From an uncultured Treponema sp. (GTDB taxonomy: Bacteria; Spirochaetota; Spirochaetia; Treponematales; Treponemataceae), in assembly GCA_964607295.1 (NCBI GenBank), contig CAZSJX010000007.1, forward strand, positions 18,026 to 82,025: a stretch of 64,000 nucleotides of DNA, written 5' to 3'. This document shows positions 1 to 11,258 of this stretch, one piece after another. The notes under the pieces are model-generated. The model saw only the letters and a program-made list of their open reading frames with translations. It ran no database searches and was not told the DNA's origin. Within the stretch, counting starts at the first letter, position 1; each line of letters starts with the position of its first letter. A program made the position numbers and the translations under genes.

Positions 1-1574
1 CGGTTTCTGCTGCTGATCTTATTAACGAGGCCCGCCGGCCGGACAACACTTCTCTTGATGAAAAGCTTTTAAAGAAACTTGCTGATGATGGAACTGACGG
101 CAACTACGTTGAGGCTGGAACCTTTGCCCATGTTCCTGCCGGAGATGCAATTATGGCTGTTGATATTTCCAAGGATGAAATGCAGGCTACTATTACTGTC
201 TCTCCTCCATCTCAGGGCGGCTCTGAAATTTCTGCGGAAAACATAAAGAATGCTTTAAAAACACAAGGTGTTGTGGCTGGAATTGAAGATGACAAAATAA
301 TGTCATTTGTTGACAGTCCTGTTTATAATATGCCTTATGAAGTTGCGGCGGCTGTTCTTCCTGTGAATGGCACGGATGCGTATATAGACTATAAATTTGA
401 AACTGACAAGACAAAGCTTAGGCTTAAGGAAACTGCAAATGGCCAGGTTGACTTTAAAGAGCTCAATCTTATTCAAAATGTTGTGGCCGGTCAGCCTTTG
501 GCTGTAAAAATTCTTCCGCAGCGCGGAAAGGGCGGAAAGACTATTCTTGGCCGTTACCTTGAGGCAAAAAACGGAAAGGATATTCCTATTCCGCTCGGGC
601 AGAATACAAAGCTTGATTCAGACGGACGAACTGTTATCGCAGAGAAAAACGGAAACGTAACTCTGGTCGGCGATAAGATTACAGTTGAAGAGGTTTATGA
701 AGTTCCTGGCGTTAACATAAAATCTGGAAACATCACTTATATGGGAACTGTCGTTTGCCGCGGAAACGTTGAGGATGGATTCAGCATAAAGGCTGACGGA
801 AATATAGAAATTTACGGTTCCGTTGGAAACTGCCATATTGAGGCAGGCGGCGATATTGTTATTTCTCAGGGTGTGATGGGACGTGACGAAGGCGAGATAA
901 TTACAAGCAAATCAGTTTGGGCAAGGTTCCTTCAGAATGTAAAAGTTACTGCGGAAGAATATGTTGTTGTAAATGACAATATCATGAACAGCAATGTTAC
1001 TGCAATGAAAAAAATCCTCTTAAAGGGAAAGAGAGCTTCCATTATCGGCGGACATCTTTTTGCCACAGAGGAAATTACAGCGAAGAACATCGGATCTTCC
1101 GGCGGAGGAATAGAAACAATTCTTGAGGTCGGCTTCGATCCAAAGGCAAAGCTCAGGCTGCAGGAGCTTCAGGAAATGCAGTCAAATGTTGTTAAGCAGC
1201 TTGAGGAAGTTGACCTTAATATTTCTACGCTTGAAAACCAGAAGAAAGTGCGCCGCTCGCTTCCAAAGGAAAAAGAGGAGACGCTTGCCAATTTAAGAAA
1301 CCAGCGTGTTGACTTGATGGATTCAAGCGAAAAAATGACAGCTGAAATCAACGAGATTAACGCCCATAACAGGGAGCTGAAGGTTGTTGGCTGTGTCAAT
1401 GCAAGCGGAACAGTTTATCCTGGCGCAAAAATTCTTGTAAGGGATGAAATTGATGAAGTCCGCTCAGAATGTAAGGCTGTAACTTTCTATTTTGACAGCG
1501 GATTTGTAAAGCGCAAAAAGTATGAGCCGGCGCAAGATGCAGGTGAAATGGAAAAACCAGAAGGATATAAATAA
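1..1574 (+). CDS. FapA / DUF342 family protein (flagellar assembly protein A-like), 5' truncated by the window edge
   Basis: The frame of ORF 153..1574 is open back to position 3. It has the DUF342 pattern (VDFKELNLIQNVVAGQPLA, GNITYMGTVVCRGNVEDGF, GGHLFATEEITAKNIGS) and a C-terminal coiled coil. Confidence 0.85.
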   Translation, partial: VSAADLINEARRPDNTSLDEKLLKKLADDGTDGNYVEAGTFAHVPAGDAIMAVDISKDEMQATITVSPPSQGGSEISAENIKNALKTQGVVAGIEDDKIMSFVDSPVYNMPYEVAAAVLPVNGTDAYIDYKFETDKTKLRLKETANGQVDFKELNLIQNVVAGQPLAVKILPQRGKGGKTILGRYLEAKNGKDIPIPLGQNTKLDSDGRTVIAEKNGNVTLVGDKITVEEVYEVPGVNIKSGNITYMGTVVCRGNVEDGFSIKADGNIEIYGSVGNCHIEAGGDIVISQGVMGRDEGEIITSKSVWARFLQNVKVTAEEYVVVNDNIMNSNVTAMKKILLKGKRASIIGGHLFATEEITAKNIGSSGGGIETILEVGFDPKAKLRLQELQEMQSNVVKQLEEVDLNISTLENQKKVRRSLPKEKEETLANLRNQRVDLMDSSEKMTAEINEINAHNRELKVVGCVNASGTVYPGAKILVRDEIDEVRSECKAVTFYFDSGFVKRKKYEPAQDAGEMEKPEGYK

Positions 1575-1715
1575 TACTTGTTCTTTCATTTCTAATGAAT
1601 AAAATTCAATCCTGAATTCCAGAAACTTTCAGAAAGATATTTTCTGGCTTTCTCTTAAGCGAATATGCTTGCTTTGCTTATGCAGATACGGCTTCAAAGA
1701 AAAATATCTACCCTA

Positions 1716-2217
1716 GGAGCATGGCTCGCGGAGCTTGCGACCAGTTCAATCTGGGAGAACAATCAAATACGTAAAAACAAAAAAGGCATCCCTTTCGGAA
1801 TGCCTTTCCATTTACAATCAGATAGAACTAGCAGTTCTCTGCAAAGTATTTGATTGTGATAACCCAAAATGCGGGACGCTTACAGCATTTTGCGGAAGCA
1901 TAGCTTGCAGAGCTTGCGACCAGTTCAATCTGAGAGAACAATCAAATACGTAAAAACAAAAAAGGCACCCCTTTCGGAATGCACTTTATCTTCACGAATC
2001 AGTTAAAATTAGCAGTTCTCTGCAAAGTATTTGATTGTGATAACCCAAAATGCGGGACGCTTACAGCATTTTGCGGGAGCATAGCTCGCAGAGGTTGCGA
2101 CCAGTCGAAACAGAAAGAACAATCAAATACGCAAAAACAAAAAAGGCATCCCTTTCGGAATGCCTTTCCATTTACAATCAGATGGAACTAGCAGTTCTCT
2201 GCAAAGTATTTGATTGT
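1716..2217 (-). repeat. ~180 bp tandem repeat (about 2.8 units) containing the gap 3' end, its terminator and internal hairpins
   Basis: The gap tail (c/t)tagcagttctctgcaaagtatttgattgt recurs at 1828, 2009 and 2188 (period 179-181). The terminator and the agaacaatcaaatac motif recur in each unit. Confidence 0.95.
2133..2167 (-). terminator. Intrinsic terminator of gap (further copies near 1773-1807 and 1952-1987)
   Basis: On the minus strand: stem aaaggcattcc-gaaa-gggatgccttt followed by a T-rich run, about 20 nt after the gap stop. Confidence 0.8.
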
Positions 2218-3255
2218 TCTAACCATCTGAGAAGTATAGCTGTTCTCGTTGTCGTACCAAGAAACAACCTGTACTTCATAGAGGTCATCAGAAATCTGAG
2301 AAACCATTGTCTGTGTTGCATCGAACAAAGAACCGAATCTCATTCCGATTACGTCAGAAGAAACGATTTCATCTTCGTTGTATCCGAAAGATTCTGTTGC
2401 AGCAGCTTTCATTGCAGCATTGATAGCTTCTTTTGTAACTCCAGCTTTCTTTACAACAGCAGTAAGAATTGTTGTAGAGCCTGTTGGAACTGGAACACGC
2501 TGAGCTGAACCAATCAATTTTCCGTTCAATTCAGGAATTACAAGGCCGATAGCCTTTGCAGCTCCAGTTGAGTTTGGAACGATGTTCTGAGCGCCTGCGC
2601 GTGAGCGGCGGAGGTCGCCTTTGCGCTGTGGACCGTCAAGAATCATCTGGTCGCCAGTGTAAGCGTGGATTGTAGACATAATTCCGCTCTGGATTGGAGC
2701 ATAGTCATTCAATGCCTTAGCCATTGGAGCCAAGCAGTTTGTTGTGCATGATGCTGCGGAAATGATGTTGTCGTTCTTTGTGAGAGTCTTGTGGTTTACA
2801 TTGTAAACGATTGTAGGAAGGTCATTTCCTGCTGGAGCTGAAATTACAACTTTCTTTGCGCCTGCATCGATGTGTGCCTGTGATTTTGCCTTTGATACAT
2901 AGAAACCTGTACATTCAAGAACTACGTCTACGCCAATTTTTCCCCATGGGAGATTTGCAGCGTTAGCTTCCTTGTAGATTGTGATTTTCTTTCCGTCTAC
3001 AACGATAGCGCCTGGTTCTTTTACAGTTTTTCCGTCTTCAGCAAGAACGTCATCAATGTGAGAAACAGTGTGTTTTCCTTCACCGATTTTTCCCATGAAT
3101 CCGCCCTGTGCTGTGTCATATTTAAGAAGGTGAGCAAGCATTTTTGGGCTTGTAAGATCGTTGATAGCAACTACTTCATATCCGTCAGCTTCAAACATCT
3201 GGCGGAATGCAAGACGACCAATGCGGCCGAAACCGTTAATAGCAACTTTAACCAT
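2188..3255 (-). CDS. gap: Type I glyceraldehyde-3-phosphate dehydrogenase
   Basis: [11 protein letters not shown] Rossmann motif, catalytic [13 protein letters not shown]-terminal SWYDNE. Confidence 0.98.
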   Translation of the reverse strand: MVKVAINGFGRIGRLAFRQMFEADGYEVVAINDLTSPKMLAHLLKYDTAQGGFMGKIGEGKHTVSHIDDVLAEDGKTVKEPGAIVVDGKKITIYKEANAANLPWGKIGVDVVLECTGFYVSKAKSQAHIDAGAKKVVISAPAGNDLPTIVYNVNHKTLTKNDNIISAASCTTNCLAPMAKALNDYAPIQSGIMSTIHAYTGDQMILDGPQRKGDLRRSRAGAQNIVPNSTGAAKAIGLVIPELNGKLIGSAQRVPVPTGSTTILTAVVKKAGVTKEAINAAMKAAATESFGYNEDEIVSSDVIGMRFGSLFDATQTMVSQISDDLYEVQVVSWYDNENSYTSQMVRTIKYFAENC

Positions 3256-3303
3256 GGTAAGTTAACTCCTTGAATAAATTATTCTATTGCGCCTATTTTA
3301 TTC

Positions 3304-4233
3304 CTATTGCAATTTATTGTCAATAAACTGCTCTATGTTCTTTTTTAGCGTATTCAGAACTCTCTTTTTGTCCGCGGACCAGAGCGGGGCGATAAGGAGC
3401 TTCTTGGGGCCGTCGCCGGTCATTCTGTGGACTACTGTTTCAGGCGGAAGAAGTTTAAGGCACTCGCATACAAATTCGCAGTAGTCTTCAAGGCTGAAAA
3501 GTCTGAATGGATTTCTCCTGTATTCTTCTGCCATTTTTGTTCCCTCAAGAATGTGGAGAAGCTGAATTTTTATTCCGTTTATTGCAGGCTTGAGCTCTGA
3601 AAGATATTTTACCGTCTGAAGCATCTGCTCCTTTGTTTCTCCCGGCAGCCCAAGAATTATATGCACGACAACTTCAATTCCTGCTGATTTCAGCCTGAAA
3701 AAACAGCGTTCAAATTCATTCAGAGAATAGCACCTGTTGATTTTCATTGCAGTCTGCGCGTGGATTGTCTGAAGTCCGAGCTCAATCCAGACAGGCTTTA
3801 TTTTGTTCAGCTCGCAGAGAAGCCCGAGAATTTCGTCGGAAACACAGTCCGGGCGGGTTCCTATTGAAAGCGCGGCGATTTCCGGCCTTTCTATTGCGCC
3901 AAAGAAAATTTTCCTGAGGCTTTCTATTGTGATGTTCTTGTCCGTGTAAGTGTTTGTGTAAGACTGAAAGTATGCGATGTATTTCCTCTTTTCAGGAGGA
4001 ATGTTCTTTGGAAACTTTTTGTCGACTCTTTTTTTAGCTTCTTCAATCTGAATCTCGATTGGAGCAGGCTTCGCGGCAAAGTCTCCGGAGCCTCCCTGTG
4101 AGCAGAATGTGCAGCCTTCGCTTCCTTTTGTTCCGTCGCGGTTTGGGCAGGTGCATCCTGTGGAAAGAGAAAGCTTGTAAACCTTGCAGCCGAATTTTTC
4201 CTTCAAATATGAATTAAGAGTTCTGTATCCCAT
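3304..4233 (-). CDS. TIGR01212 family radical SAM protein (YhcC/YtqA-like)
   Basis: CTCPNRDG...GCTFC motif, YFQSYTNTY, GTRPDC, IELGLQTIH, HRMTGDGP. Confidence 0.9.
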   Translation of the reverse strand: MGYRTLNSYLKEKFGCKVYKLSLSTGCTCPNRDGTKGSEGCTFCSQGGSGDFAAKPAPIEIQIEEAKKRVDKKFPKNIPPEKRKYIAYFQSYTNTYTDKNITIESLRKIFFGAIERPEIAALSIGTRPDCVSDEILGLLCELNKIKPVWIELGLQTIHAQTAMKINRCYSLNEFERCFFRLKSAGIEVVVHIILGLPGETKEQMLQTVKYLSELKPAINGIKIQLLHILEGTKMAEEYRRNPFRLFSLEDYCEFVCECLKLLPPETVVHRMTGDGPKKLLIAPLWSADKKRVLNTLKKNIEQFIDNKLQ

Positions 4234-4241
4234 TTTGATTT

Positions 4242-4976
4242 TTACTTCCGCCTGTAAATTTCTTCGACCTGGGATGTATATTTTCCGCTGCCGTCATAAA
4301 TGATTATAGGGCTTTCAGTCTTTAGATAAGGCTTTGCGCATTTTTCAGATTCAAGAAGCGCCATTGTGGCTTCTTTTTCTTTGGCCGGAAACACAAGCCT
4401 CATTCTTTTTGCGGCAAGATTGTATTTTTCAAGCAGGGAAAAAATTTGCGGCAGGCGGAATGGCCTGTGAATCAAAAAAAATTTTCCGTGGGATTTCAAT
4501 AAGCTGGAGGCTGTTTTTATTACGTCCTCGGCTGTGCATAAAATTTCATGGCGGGCAATTGAAAGAGAGGCGGCTTTGTTTTTATTTCCGCCGAAAGTTT
4601 CCATGTATGGCGGATTTGAAACTACAGCGTCAAAGGAATTTTTTTCCAAAACTGAAAATGGCTGCTTTAAATCTGCACGGAATATTTTTATTCTTTCCTG
4701 CAGTCCGTTCAGCTCCATGGTCCTGCTTGCCATGTCCGCCGCTTCCTCCTGAATTTCTATGCACTCAAAATTCGCCTCTGGATTTTTCTCTGACATTAGA
4801 AGCGGAATTATTCCTGTGCCGGTTCCTAGGTCGCAAATTTTACATTTTCCTTTTGTGCGTGCAAAGTCAGCCAAAAGAACAGCGTCAATTCCAAATCGGA
4901 ATTCATTTTTCCCTTGAATCAGCCTGAGTCCTTTTATGTGCAGGTTTTCGATTGTCTCGCCGTTTTTAAGATTCAT
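4242..4976 (-). CDS. tRNA1(Val) (adenine37-N6)-methyltransferase family (YfiC/YabB-like)
   Basis: FRFGIDAVLLADF, DLGTGTG SAM motif, VVSNPPY, ARHE. Confidence 0.85.
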   Translation of the reverse strand: MNLKNGETIENLHIKGLRLIQGKNEFRFGIDAVLLADFARTKGKCKICDLGTGTGIIPLLMSEKNPEANFECIEIQEEAADMASRTMELNGLQERIKIFRADLKQPFSVLEKNSFDAVVSNPPYMETFGGNKNKAASLSIARHEILCTAEDVIKTASSLLKSHGKFFLIHRPFRLPQIFSLLEKYNLAAKRMRLVFPAKEKEATMALLESEKCAKPYLKTESPIIIYDGSGKYTSQVEEIYRRK

Positions 4977-7389
4977 TTTTTTGTTTTGCCGAAATTATGA
5001 AAATTGTATTTCTTGTTTTCCAGTTGAAAGTATTGCTTTCCGCGGCCTGAACAAAAAGATTTTTAAACTCGTCAAATTTTTCCTGTCCAAGCCTGCTTTT
5101 TATAAACTTTCCGTAGGAAGAATTCTCCGCGTTGAACCAGCGTTCAGTTTCTGCCGTGCCGGTTTTCCTTTTTTCAAAAATAAATGAGGACTTGTAAAGA
5201 CAGTTGAAACTATTTTTTTCAAGGATGTTCTTTACAGTTTCTTCGTTCCATGAAAAAAACGGATTTGCTGTGTTTTCAAAAAAATCCTTTTCTGCCTGCT
5301 CGGATTCCTGCAGAAGCTTTTTTGTTTCTTTGTCTGCGGTTTTGCCTTTGAAAGCAGTTTCTTCAATCAGCTTTGTCAGATGCTGGCCTGAGCATGGAAT
5401 CTTCTGGGAAACTATGACCTGCGCGTTTTTTTCAAAGAACGGAAAAAGCTCCTTTGTTCCGTCCTGAACTTCTTCTGTGCTGAAGGAAATATCGCGCTTT
5501 ATTTTTTCAGTGCCAAAGAATCCGCTGCTTATGTCGGCGCAGAAGTTTTCAATGTCGTCTCTTGTAGAAAAAATATCACGCGCAAAAAAACGGTCAAATT
5601 CAATATCACCGAACGGAGCTATTGAATTCCTTAATGTGTCTTTCTTTATGAATAGCTTCGGCTGGTCAATGTTTTCCAGCGCAGATGCGTACCGTTCAAG
5701 CGCCTGCATTCCGTCTGCTGTCCTGCATATTCCGCATACCAGGCCTTCCGGAGTTTTTCGGATTAAGTCAAACACAATAAGCGCGTCGTCAGCGTTTGCA
5801 ACGAGGCATCTGTGAAACCTTAGTATGCCCGCGGCCTCTGTCATTGCTTCCCGTATGCCTAGCAGAGTCTGCGCGCGGTTTGTCTCCAGCCTTGCTCTCC
5901 AGAGAGATTCTCCCTTGCTCAAGACTGAATTCTTTCTTTGGTTTTCTGCGGTGTATGTTAGGTTTTCACCAGTTTTTTTTAGTCCATGGAAATGCCCGGC
6001 TTCTTTCCACCAGCTGGAATCCACGTTTGTCTGACCTGAAACTTCTTCCGCGCTGTCTTCAAGAATCGACGCAATCTGCGCTTCCCTGCGGGAAAGAATA
6101 TCTTCCCTGATTTTTGCCTCGTATCCCTGTGTTGATGGCGTGTAGAAAACTTTTCCAACAAGAGCGTCGGGCAGATATTGCTGGGCAACCCAGTGGTCTT
6201 TGTACGCATGAGGGTAGAGGTAGCCGGCTCCATGTCCGAATCCTTCCGCGTCGCGGGAAGCATCCCTAAGATGATTAGGAACATCCGCGTCTTCTTTTTC
6301 AACAGAGGCCAATGCGTCAAAAAATGCCATTGAGGAATTTGACTTTGGAGCAGTCGCCAGATATAGAGCCGCATGCGCTAAGAAGTACCTGCCTTCTGGA
6401 AATCCTACGCGGTCAAAGGCGGCTGCGCAGCTTTCAACAACCGAGATTGCCTTTGGATCTGCAAGACCTGTGTCCTCGCAGGCAGAAATCAGCATACGGC
6501 GGAAAATAAAATGCGGATCCTCTCCGGCTTTTACCATTCTTGCAAGCCAGTAGCAGGCGGCGTCAGGATCACGTCCTCTCAGGCTTTTTATAAATGCGGA
6601 GATTATGTCGTAATGGTAGTCGCCGTCGCGGTCATAGAGAACAACTTTTTTCTGTATAGACTCTTCACAGGCTTCCTTTGAAATGTAGATTGTGCTTCCA
6701 AAGCTTGGCGGCCATTTTTCCGGAGTTGTTTCAACTGCAAGCTCCAGCGCATTTAAAAGGCTTCTTGCGTCTCCGTTCGCAGTTTCTATCAAATGCTCCA
6801 GCGCGCCTTTCTCGAATTCAACTTTCCATTTTCCGTAGCCGCGCTCTGCATCGCATAAAGCCTGCCTGGCTGCCTTTAGCAAGTCTGTTTTTGTAAGAGG
6901 CTTCAGCTGAAAAACTCTGCTTCTTGAAACAAGAGCCTTATTGACCTCAAAAAAAGGATTCTCTGTTGTTGCGCCTATTAAAATTATTGTTCCGTTTTCA
7001 ACCCATGGAAGAAGCGCATCCTGCTGGCTTTTGTTCCAGCGGTGAACCTCGTCTACAAATAGAATTGTCTTGCGCTTATAAAGATTTTTCTGCGTCTCTG
7101 CATCGGAAATTGATTTTCTTATATCTGCGACACCTGTGAGGACCGCGTTCAGTGTGATAAAATTCGAGCTTGTGTGGTTTGCAATTACACGTGCGAGCGT
7201 TGTTTTTCCTGTTCCCGGCGGTCCGTAGAAAATAACAGAAGTAAGCTGGTCTGCCGCAATCGCCCTTCTTAAAAGCCTTCCTTTTCCTACAATATGCTCC
7301 TGGCCTATGTACTCGTCAAGTGTTCTAGGCCTCATTCTGGCGGCAAGAGGCTCGTGGGAATCTTTTAGTGAGGAAAACAGTTCATCCAT
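4966..7389 (-). CDS. rarA: Replication-associated recombination protein A (RarA/MgsA AAA+ ATPase) with long C-terminal extension
   Basis: [27 protein letters not shown] Walker [45 protein letters not shown]; about 370 extra C-terminal residues. Confidence 0.9.
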   Translation of the reverse strand: MDELFSSLKDSHEPLAARMRPRTLDEYIGQEHIVGKGRLLRRAIAADQLTSVIFYGPPGTGKTTLARVIANHTSSNFITLNAVLTGVADIRKSISDAETQKNLYKRKTILFVDEVHRWNKSQQDALLPWVENGTIILIGATTENPFFEVNKALVSRSRVFQLKPLTKTDLLKAARQALCDAERGYGKWKVEFEKGALEHLIETANGDARSLLNALELAVETTPEKWPPSFGSTIYISKEACEESIQKKVVLYDRDGDYHYDIISAFIKSLRGRDPDAACYWLARMVKAGEDPHFIFRRMLISACEDTGLADPKAISVVESCAAAFDRVGFPEGRYFLAHAALYLATAPKSNSSMAFFDALASVEKEDADVPNHLRDASRDAEGFGHGAGYLYPHAYKDHWVAQQYLPDALVGKVFYTPSTQGYEAKIREDILSRREAQIASILEDSAEEVSGQTNVDSSWWKEAGHFHGLKKTGENLTYTAENQRKNSVLSKGESLWRARLETNRAQTLLGIREAMTEAAGILRFHRCLVANADDALIVFDLIRKTPEGLVCGICRTADGMQALERYASALENIDQPKLFIKKDTLRNSIAPFGDIEFDRFFARDIFSTRDDIENFCADISSGFFGTEKIKRDISFSTEEVQDGTKELFPFFEKNAQVIVSQKIPCSGQHLTKLIEETAFKGKTADKETKKLLQESEQAEKDFFENTANPFFSWNEETVKNILEKNSFNCLYKSSFIFEKRKTGTAETERWFNAENSSYGKFIKSRLGQEKFDEFKNLFVQAAESNTFNWKTRNTIFIISAKQKNES

Positions 7390-7400
7390 TTCTACAAATT

Positions 7401-8579
7401 CTAGTCTCCGTCACGGTTCCATTCAGGCCTTGAAGGATACCATGCGTAAAGTCCTGTGTCGTCCCATGAGTCGGAGCTTGAGCGGATTGAGCCGTAGATT
7501 GTCGATGCTGCATACTCGTCAGTTTCGCCTTCGTTCTTGTTTGGGTTGAGAGCAAAGACCATGAACACGTATTCAGAGATTACAGAGTCTCCGTTTTTAG
7601 GCATTTTTGGAGTGCTTCCGTCCGGAATTCCGGTTGTCTCGTCAATTTTGGCTCTTGCAATTCCGCTTGTGGTTCCAAGGAGAATATAGTCCTTGGTTGC
7701 TGCTATAGAAAGAAGGCCTCCAACGTCAGGACTGACATAGCTTTCGGGAGCCGATGCTGTTATGTAATACAGCCTTGAGTCTGTGTCCACATTGTTGCTG
7801 GTTGTGCAGGTCTTTGTGTAGTAAAGGCAATGGCTGTTGCTTGTCATTCCGTAGTATTTTGAAAAATAAGTTTCGCCGTTGAAATAGCATGCTGAAATTG
7901 CGTTTGTCTCTGTGGAGCTGCTGTCTACGAACTTTGCGCCGGAAAGCTCTGTGGGCACATTGCTTCCGTTCAGCCTGTATATTTTGTATTCAGACGAGGA
8001 TGAGCTTCTGATTCTTGCATAGGCTTCCCTGCTTCCAAGCTCGACTGAATTGTCGTCCGCCACAGAAAAATACTTATTGTCGAATATTACTTTTGCGTTT
8101 CCAAATGAATAGTCTCCGCCGCTTATGCTGGCGACTTTTGTCCATGAAAGATTTTCTAAATCTGAAGAATTTGTAGCATAGATTTCTGCAGTTTTCGGCT
8201 CGTTCTCTCCGTCGTCGTTTTCAGCCCAGATATACGTCAGCGCATAAAGATACTCATTGTCGGAGGCAAGAAAATATGTTGTGGCTGGAATTCCGTTGTC
8301 TCCTTTGCGGGTGGTGGGGGATGCCGCTTTATGCCATTCTCCATTGTGTTTTTCGGTCTCGCTGGATGGCTCGTTTGTCTTGTAGAAAATGTAGCCGTTG
8401 CTTGTGAGAATGTAGTCCCTGTAATGGATGATGGAATGCATATCGCCTTGAAGTCCGCTTGAGTTAAGCTCAATCTCGTTGTTTATCGCGCCGTAAATAT
8501 CGTCATGGCAGGAAGAAAATCCTATGAGGCAGGCGAGGGCCGCGGAAAGAAAAATGCTTTTTATAATCAATTTTTTCAT
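7401..8579 (-). CDS. Hypothetical lipoprotein
   Basis: Lipobox-type signal peptide (MKKLIIKSIFLSAALACLIGFSSC); 392 aa rich in beta-strand-like segments. Confidence 0.75.
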   Translation of the reverse strand: MKKLIIKSIFLSAALACLIGFSSCHDDIYGAINNEIELNSSGLQGDMHSIIHYRDYILTSNGYIFYKTNEPSSETEKHNGEWHKAASPTTRKGDNGIPATTYFLASDNEYLYALTYIWAENDDGENEPKTAEIYATNSSDLENLSWTKVASISGGDYSFGNAKVIFDNKYFSVADDNSVELGSREAYARIRSSSSSEYKIYRLNGSNVPTELSGAKFVDSSSTETNAISACYFNGETYFSKYYGMTSNSHCLYYTKTCTTSNNVDTDSRLYYITASAPESYVSPDVGGLLSIAATKDYILLGTTSGIARAKIDETTGIPDGSTPKMPKNGDSVISEYVFMVFALNPNKNEGETDEYAASTIYGSIRSSSDSWDDTGLYAWYPSRPEWNRDGD

Positions 8580-8602
8580 TTGTGTTCCTTAAAAGCTGAA
8601 TG

Positions 8603-9277
8603 TTAGAAATGGTACCTTGCCGCCAGGCTGAATGTAAGAAACTGCCCTGCAAAGTTTTCTGCATTGTCATTGTACCACGAGGCGAACTGCGGCATAAGAA
8701 GATATGAGGCCTCAAGTCCGAGCGACCAGCTTTCTGTAAGGCGGAACATTGCTCCTGCCTCCGGCTTTACGACAAGCCCCGGAAAGTAGTTTTTTCCGCC
8801 GAAAGATTCCCATGCGAACCCAAGTCCCAGCGTGAGAGGAAATTCAAACCTGCCTGCGGAAGGCTGGTATGTAAACGCGGCCATAAATGGAACATAGTTG
8901 AACACGTGGCTTCCGATAGAAACATTGAACCCGAAGCTTACATCGAATCCAATTGCCATCTTTGAAGTTAGAAAGTAATGGTAGCCCAGGGAGCCGAGTC
9001 CGCCGATTTTAAGCTGTGAGTCGCCTTTTATGGAGCTTTCAAAGTCTGGAAAATTCAGCGGCATGGAAAGCCCGAGAGCAATCTTTATATACTGGTCGCC
9101 AGGCAGGTTCATTCCAAGGTCAAACGTTATGTCGTCCTCTGTGTATTCGTCTCCGCCGTCTTCAGAGCCGTCCGTGCCTGAGTTCTGCAAGAAGATTGTC
9201 CTTGGAAGCGAAGCCTGCGCTGCTGAAATGCAAATTCCTATAATTCCTGCGCTCAGAAGCGCAATCAAACGTTTCAT
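8603..9277 (-). CDS. Small outer-membrane beta-barrel protein, TP0733/OmpW-like
   Basis: Signal peptide, alternating amphipathic strands, C-terminal aromatic residues (ARYHF), GDQYIKIALG and GGLGSLGYHYF segments. Confidence 0.65.
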   Translation of the reverse strand: MKRLIALLSAGIIGICISAAQASLPRTIFLQNSGTDGSEDGGDEYTEDDITFDLGMNLPGDQYIKIALGLSMPLNFPDFESSIKGDSQLKIGGLGSLGYHYFLTSKMAIGFDVSFGFNVSIGSHVFNYVPFMAAFTYQPSAGRFEFPLTLGLGFAWESFGGKNYFPGLVVKPEAGAMFRLTESWSLGLEASYLLMPQFASWYNDNAENFAGQFLTFSLAARYHF

Positions 9278-9482
9278 AGTTTTTCCCTGATCATAAAAGC
9301 AAATTCTTCTATGGCAATTTGTTTTGTTTTTTTATATTATGCTTGTGCAGTTTTCAAACGGATTCTATCCTTGCACACAGCCATGCGATTATACTTAGTT
9401 TTAAGGATTTTATCAATCTGAAAGATTTGAAGCCTGCATCAGCTTTACTTAGATAAAGAAAATAGAAAATGGAAGGTTACAG

Positions 9483-10367
9483 ATGGGCGCGAAAATTATA
9501 GACGGAAAGGAAATCGCATCGCAGGTAAAGACCGACGTTGCAAGAAGAGTTCTTGAGCTTAAGAAAAGCGGGGTTGCGCCCTGTCTTGCTGTTGTCCTAG
9601 TGGGGAACAATCCGGCAAGCGTAAGCTATGTGGCTGGAAAAAGAAAAGCCCTGGCGGAGGCCGGCATGGAGGACAGGAGCATTGAGCTTCCGGAGTCGGT
9701 TTCAGAGCAGGAGCTTTTGTCCCTTATACAGAAGCTGAACGCAGACGGCTCTGTGCATGGAATCCTTGTGCAGCTTCCGCTTCCTCCGCATATCGATGAA
9801 AAGAAAGTTACAAATTCCATAAGCCCGGAAAAGGATGTTGACGGATTTCACCCGGTGAACGTGGGCAGGCTTGTTACCGGCGACAAGGGATTTCTTCCTT
9901 GCACTCCTAACGGAATCACTGTTCTTCTGAAAAAGGCCGGCATAGAGACAGACGGAAAGAATGTTGTGGTTGTGGGCCGCAGCAACATTGTGGGCAAGCC
10001 GATGGCTCTTTTGATGCTCAGAAAAGAATTCAATTCAACTGTTACAATTTGCCACACAGGAACAAAGAACCTTGCCGAATATACAAGGAAGGCTGATATT
10101 CTTATTGTGGCTTCCGGCCGTCCGAACACTGTAACCGCGGACATGATAAAGGAAGGCGCGGCTGTGATTGATGTCGGTGTGAACAGAATTCCAGATTCCT
10201 CAAGGAAAAGCGGATTCCGTCTCTGCGGAGATGTTGACTTTGAGGGAGCGAAGGAGGTCGCGGGCTTTATAACTCCGGTTCCGGGAGGAGTAGGTCCAAT
10301 GACAATCGCAATGCTTATCTATAATACTTTGGAAAGCGCGGAAAATTTCAGAGCGAAAAATGATTGA
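9483..10367 (+). CDS. folD: Bifunctional methylenetetrahydrofolate dehydrogenase/cyclohydrolase
   Basis: [39 protein letters not shown]. Confidence 0.97.
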   Translation: MGAKIIDGKEIASQVKTDVARRVLELKKSGVAPCLAVVLVGNNPASVSYVAGKRKALAEAGMEDRSIELPESVSEQELLSLIQKLNADGSVHGILVQLPLPPHIDEKKVTNSISPEKDVDGFHPVNVGRLVTGDKGFLPCTPNGITVLLKKAGIETDGKNVVVVGRSNIVGKPMALLMLRKEFNSTVTICHTGTKNLAEYTRKADILIVASGRPNTVTADMIKEGAAVIDVGVNRIPDSSRKSGFRLCGDVDFEGAKEVAGFITPVPGGVGPMTIAMLIYNTLESAENFRAKND

Positions 10368-11151
10368 CATACAGAGCTCCCCGGACACGCGCGAGATTCC
10401 TCTGCAGAAGGTGGGCGTTACAGACCTGAGCTATCCTGTGCAGGTTCTGGACAAAACCGAAGGCCTGCAGAAGACTTGCGCCAGCGTGAATCTTTTTGTA
10501 AACCTGCCGCACAATTACAAGGGAACCCATATGTCCCGGTTCATAGAAATATTCCACCGGCACCGCGAGAGCTTCGGCATGAAGCAGTTTCTTTCAATGC
10601 TTGAGGAAATCAGAAAGAGCCTTGATGCGCAGCGGGCGTTCGGCTCAATGGAGTTTCCTTTCTATATGACGAAAACAGCTCCTGTCTCGAAGTCTCAGAG
10701 CATAATGTGCTACAAGTGCACTTACGAGGGCGAGGTTTTTTCCGGCGGAAGCAGCTTCTTCATGAAGATTGAAATTCCTGTTACAACTCTGTGTCCGTGC
10801 TCCAAGGCGATAAGCCGGTACGGGGCTCACAACCAGCGCGGTTCTGTAACTGTCAGGCTCAAGAATTCAAGCCTGTTCTGGATTGAAGACGTGGTTGAGG
10901 AAGTTGAAAAAAGCGCGAGCGGCGGCCTGTACAGCATTCTCAAGCGGCCGGACGAAAAGTTTGTTACAGAGCATGCGTACGATAATCCGCGGTTTGTGGA
11001 GGATGTGGCGCGCGAGGTCTATATAGCGCTCAGGAATTTCACAAAGAGCGAAAAGCCGTTCAGCTGGTTCAGCGTGGAATGCAAGAATTTTGAAAGCATC
11101 CACAACCACAATGCTTATGCATACACAGAATTCCATGGAGAGCAGGAATGA
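10360..11151 (+). CDS. folE2: GTP cyclohydrolase FolE2 (type IB)
   Basis: [41 protein letters not shown]. Confidence 0.95.
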   Translation: MIDIQSSPDTREIPLQKVGVTDLSYPVQVLDKTEGLQKTCASVNLFVNLPHNYKGTHMSRFIEIFHRHRESFGMKQFLSMLEEIRKSLDAQRAFGSMEFPFYMTKTAPVSKSQSIMCYKCTYEGEVFSGGSSFFMKIEIPVTTLCPCSKAISRYGAHNQRGSVTVRLKNSSLFWIEDVVEEVEKSASGGLYSILKRPDEKFVTEHAYDNPRFVEDVAREVYIALRNFTKSEKPFSWFSVECKNFESIHNHNAYAYTEFHGEQE

Positions 11152-11258
11152 GCAGAAAAAATCTTTGGGCCGGAACGCTGCGTTGCCGTGCCTTTGTCCG
11201 TCGGAAGCTTGATGTTCCGATGCTTGCGTTGAGGTAGCTGATTTTCTATAATGCACAC

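Noticed and set aside
1716-2217. CRISPR interpretation of the tandem array
   Set aside because: Units are ~180 bp and repeat along their whole length; there are no unique spacers and no cas genes.
1665-2508. Plus-strand ORFs containing RTIKY and repeated peptide blocks
   Set aside because: They are translations of the tandem repeat and the gap antisense strand, with no RBS or independent coding signal.
11148-11237. 29-codon ORF between folE2 and miaB (ATGA overlap)
   Set aside because: Very short, no recognisable motif; the overlap can arise by chance.
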